A stretch of DNA of 64,000 bases, taken from IMG/VR virus record IMGVR_UViG_3300025697_000021, positions 4,127 through 68,126 of that record; one strand, given 5' to 3'. Below the pieces are notes generated by a model. That model was not told where the DNA came from and did no database searches. It saw only the letters and a program-made list of their open reading frames with translations. The first letter of the stretch is position 1; every line of letters begins with the position of its first letter. Origin of the DNA: a virus. Below, piece by piece: positions 61,171 through 64,000 of the stretch. A program made the position numbers and the translations under genes.

Positions 61171-62382
61171 CAATAGCCGTCTCTTGTTTTCCGCTTTGAT
61201 CGGCGTTTGGACTTGAGTTAGGAACTCCGGAGGTACGGCACCCCGTTCCACAAGGGCTTCCCATTGATCTAGATTCAGAGAAGGTTGAATAGCGTAGGGG
61301 TGCCCGTTAGCCATACACCATTCGATAATTTTTTGAGTATCTCTTTTAATAGAAACCTTACCCTCAGAAAAAGTATGATGAACCTCAAAACCACCCTCTT
61401 TAAGCATACTATCTCTTTTACCCTCCTTCGACTCAGATCCTTTTTCATTAACGTAGGCAAGGATTGTAGGACGGGTTTCCGAATCTATTTCGTCATATGT
61501 TTTTTTCGCTGATAAATTAGCATCTCTAGCCTCTGTATATCGAGTGCATGCCTCTAAATAGGCCACCTTGGCTTGAAGATTCTCTTCTTGAACTGGTTCT
61601 GGTGGTGCAAACGGGGTTACCGTAGGATCTTTCAACGAAATCAGTTTAATAGTTCCATCCAGGACTGCATCTTCCACACAGCACCAATCCGAATTATCAG
61701 AACCCATCATCTGAAGATACATAAAACCGCCTTGCTCGAGTTTATCGTTTACTCGACATTCCAAACTAGAAACGGCTTTGTCCACATACGCTCCAGCATC
61801 ATTTTTATTCCAAAAAGTTCCATTAAGAATTACCCTAGCTCCCACAGGAATTGACTTAATACCAACTTCCTGCGGAGCAGGAGTTGGTTCTTCCGGAAAA
61901 GGCCCTCCTTCTGCTTCTACAGGCTCTTCCACAACTGGCTCTGGAGTAGCTGTTATAAAAGGAGGCTCTTCTACTGACTCAACCACTGGCTCCAAAATAA
62001 CTGGCTCAGGAGGAGCCTCCACAACTGATTCAGCGACTTCTTCCACAACGGGTTCAGCGATTTTGGGTACAGATAGCTCATGCACAGGTGCTACTATACT
62101 ACCCTCACTACGCTCAAAACTCTTAACCTGACCCAGAAGCACTCCTCCCGCAGTAATATCCATCGTTGGGACTTCTTCCACAACTGATTCAGCGACTTCT
62201 TCCACAATTGGGTCAATTTTTGACCCAATTTCCTCCACAATTGGGTCAGGGGAAGCCTCCGCGACCTTTACAACTAATTTAGCTGCAGCTATCTCTTCTT
62301 TATGAACCTTGGTTCTGTGGATCTTCAAGCCTCTATCCGTATTAGCTGCATACTGGCAAAATTCGCATATAAATTCACGCAT
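61141..62382 (-). CDS. C2H2 zinc-finger protein with Glu/Pro/Val-rich repeats and a helical C-terminal domain
   Basis: FICEFC...GLKIHRTKVH; 31-bp internal repeat at 62018..62048 and 62177..62207. Confidence 0.7.
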   Translation of the reverse strand: MREFICEFCQYAANTDRGLKIHRTKVHKEEIAAAKLVVKVAEASPDPIVEEIGSKIDPIVEEVAESVVEEVPTMDITAGGVLLGQVKSFERSEGSIVAPVHELSVPKIAEPVVEEVAESVVEAPPEPVILEPVVESVEEPPFITATPEPVVEEPVEAEGGPFPEEPTPAPQEVGIKSIPVGARVILNGTFWNKNDAGAYVDKAVSSLECRVNDKLEQGGFMYLQMMGSDNSDWCCVEDAVLDGTIKLISLKDPTVTPFAPPEPVQEENLQAKVAYLEACTRYTEARDANLSAKKTYDEIDSETRPTILAYVNEKGSESKEGKRDSMLKEGGFEVHHTFSEGKVSIKRDTQKIIEWCMANGHPYAIQPSLNLDQWEALVERGAVPPEFLTQVQTPIKAENKRRLLITGSLPESE

Positions 62383-62407
62383 TCAAAATTCTCCTTTTTT
62401 GGTCTAC

Positions 62408-62683
62408 CTAGTTAATGATTGTATCCAATATCCCATTTTTGTCAAGATTATTCTCACGGATAATTTTCTCTAAAAGAGCTAGCTTCTGCTGAGTTGCAAT
62501 ATACCTGGCGTTAGCATGATTCTCTGCCCCCGCAATCATATCCATAATAGTCTTAAACGCAGAATCGTATTCAAAATCTTTTCCTTTTATGATCGTCAAT
62601 AGTTCGAGCATAGTCTTAACTTGACCCGTTAACTTGCCAAGAGACCCTTCTGCTTTCAAAACTCTGGCTCTTAATCCGAACAT
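62408..62683 (-). CDS. hypothetical protein
   Basis: TAATG coupling. Confidence 0.6.
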   Translation of the reverse strand: MFGLRARVLKAEGSLGKLTGQVKTMLELLTIIKGKDFEYDSAFKTIMDMIAGAENHANARYIATQQKLALLEKIIRENNLDKNGILDTIIN

Positions 62684-63051
62684 TATTCATCTCCTTCGCA
62701 AATGGGACCATCAATCGGCAGACATTGCCAATTAAACTTCAGCTCAGTGACGCTTGCAGCAAGGGCAAGACAGAAAAATCCATCCTCTATACACGTCTTA
62801 GTCTCATTACAATCCACAGTACACATGGTCCTTATTCGGTAACCATCATTAATTATTACACAAATTCCATTCCATTGATCACAATCAGAATTTGTTTTAC
62901 AAACTGTGTTACATTGAGTTTTGGGAGCAGGAACGGCTCCGGCATCTTCAGTGCCGGAGTCTTCCGCTCCGGCATCTTCAATATCAAAGGAATCCTCTAG
63001 ATTGGTACAACTACATACAAAAACCATACAAAAAATATAAAAACTGCGCAT
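62683..63051 (-). CDS. Cys-rich putative lipoprotein with DAG repeats
   Basis: Signal-like N-terminus ending VCSC; EDAGAEDSGTEDAGA; disulfide-rich C-terminus; SD AGGAGG. Confidence 0.65.
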   Translation of the reverse strand: MRSFYIFCMVFVCSCTNLEDSFDIEDAGAEDSGTEDAGAVPAPKTQCNTVCKTNSDCDQWNGICVIINDGYRIRTMCTVDCNETKTCIEDGFFCLALAASVTELKFNWQCLPIDGPICEGDE

Positions 63052-63070
63052 GACCGGCCTCCTACTCTAG

Positions 63071-63099
63071 AGTGTAAGGCCGGTTTTGCGGGTTGTCAA
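63071..63099 (-). promoter_or_regulatory. sigma70-type promoter
   Basis: TTGACA-N17-TACACT. Confidence 0.7.
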
Positions 63100-63119
63100 G
63101 GGGAAATTAGGAAAGGAGG

Positions 63120-64000
63120 TTACCAGGCTATACGAAGAGAAGCATCATCCGCATACCTACAAAATCGATCATTAGAAACTCGATCACCTAAAGAAATAAT
63201 GGATTTGGTAACACCAGTCGAAAGATCCAGCGCCATATAAACGCTAGGATTACTAACACGATCTGCGGCTGGAGAGCCTGGATAAGGATCTCCAGCAATA
63301 GGGTACAAAGAACAAAGCGTATTATTCCCATAACTAGTGCCCCTCCCGTCTCTAGTATACCGGAACCCCCCCAGAGTATCATAAATAAAGAAAGGAACTA
63401 TAGTTGGATCAGCTACTAAAGTATTAAAAGCATCAGCTACTGTATGAGGTGCCCGGATGGTATTACCCTTAACTAGAACACTATGATACAAAAGATCATA
63501 GTTATTAGGTGCGGTGGTTTCATCTATACCATTACCATTTATTACCAACCCATTTACTACGACAGAATTCTTATACCTAACAGTTAGCTTATTATTCACA
63601 TAATCAATATTTTGAGCGTAAAGATCTGTACCAGTATTCCTCATAGACATATAGGTTAGAGAAGGGTAAAAAGTACTAGATCCCGCAGCATCAACGGTGG
63701 CTACCAACTCTTCCATCCTAAAATCATTATTTGCAATATCATAAGTTCCAGGGGCTCTAGCAAGATACAAACAAGAACTAGCACCTAGCATCGCAGATCC
63801 AGTCAACGGAGCTAACTCTACACTATTATTTGTAATTATGTAATGACTATAATTAAAAGCAGTTGAGTCTGCAAATAGGATAATACCATGTGCCCCATAC
63901 GCTCCATACACCGCAGCAGTAGCCCCTTCATTAGAAGTAGTATATACTTTAACTGAGTTATTACTAATGGTAGCCTTAACGTCTACTGAAAAAATACCTT
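63120..64000 (-). CDS. 3' end of a parallel beta-helix protein (tailspike/fibre-like), 5' end outside the window
   Basis: Frame open to the window edge; repeated ISNN/ITNN/IANN/VNNK/KGNT rungs. Confidence 0.6.
   Translation of the reverse strand, partial: GIFSVDVKATISNNSVKVYTTSNEGATAAVYGAYGAHGIILFADSTAFNYSHYIITNNSVELAPLTGSAMLGASSCLYLARAPGTYDIANNDFRMEELVATVDAAGSSTFYPSLTYMSMRNTGTDLYAQNIDYVNNKLTVRYKNSVVVNGLVINGNGIDETTAPNNYDLLYHSVLVKGNTIRAPHTVADAFNTLVADPTIVPFFIYDTLGGFRYTRDGRGTSYGNNTLCSLYPIAGDPYPGSPAADRVSNPSVYMALDLSTGVTKSIISLGDRVSNDRFCRYADDASLRIAW

Noticed and set aside
1-64000. Stop-codon reassignment, tRNA genes, or a bacterial chromosomal origin for recA/dnaX/clpP/nrdJ
   Set aside because: Long genes are intact in code 11 and use all three stops; no tRNA cloverleaf noticed by eye (tRNAscan-SE would be decisive); single-strand dense layout with many small orphan genes and phage-type families indicates a phage

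Overview
A 64-kb slice of a large tailed dsDNA bacteriophage genome: densely coding, standard genetic code, strong SD sites, and essentially all genes on the minus strand (one credible plus-strand gene at 7832..8068). I saw no rRNA, tRNA, CRISPR array, integrase or reverse transcriptase. Layout: (i) ~1-13.5 kb, small early/accessory genes behind near-consensus sigma70 promoters (TTGACA/T-N16-17-TAnnnT), including a superinfection-immunity protein, an RlaP-like nucleotidyltransferase, a P-loop kinase and ClpP; (ii) class II ribonucleotide reductase; (iii) ~16-25.7 kb, acidic modular proteins rich in K/R-x-A motifs, probably protease-processed head proteins; (iv) a divergent trigger-factor homologue and RusA; (v) ~30-60 kb, a replication/recombination block (SbcCD, RecA, SSB, DnaX, family A polymerase, beta-clamp-like protein, sigma factor, primase, DnaB, DnaC-like loader, SNF2 helicase with a class 3 intein, ThyX-like protein, 5'-3' exonuclease fused to a degenerate UDG); (vi) an NSGxx-repeat gene cassette, a Cys-rich lipoprotein and the 3' end of a beta-helix gene. 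Most notable: the phage trigger-factor-like chaperone; a second promoter class (AAAGRA-N17-TATAWT) seen only before putative virion genes, alongside an unusual phage sigma factor; a probable -1 frameshift on an A9 run; and a 1.1-kb promoter-plus-gene cassette bounded by 38-bp direct repeats ending at a -35 box, whose promoter is identical over 40 bp to one 60 kb away. All family calls are by-eye motif recognition; no database searches were run.
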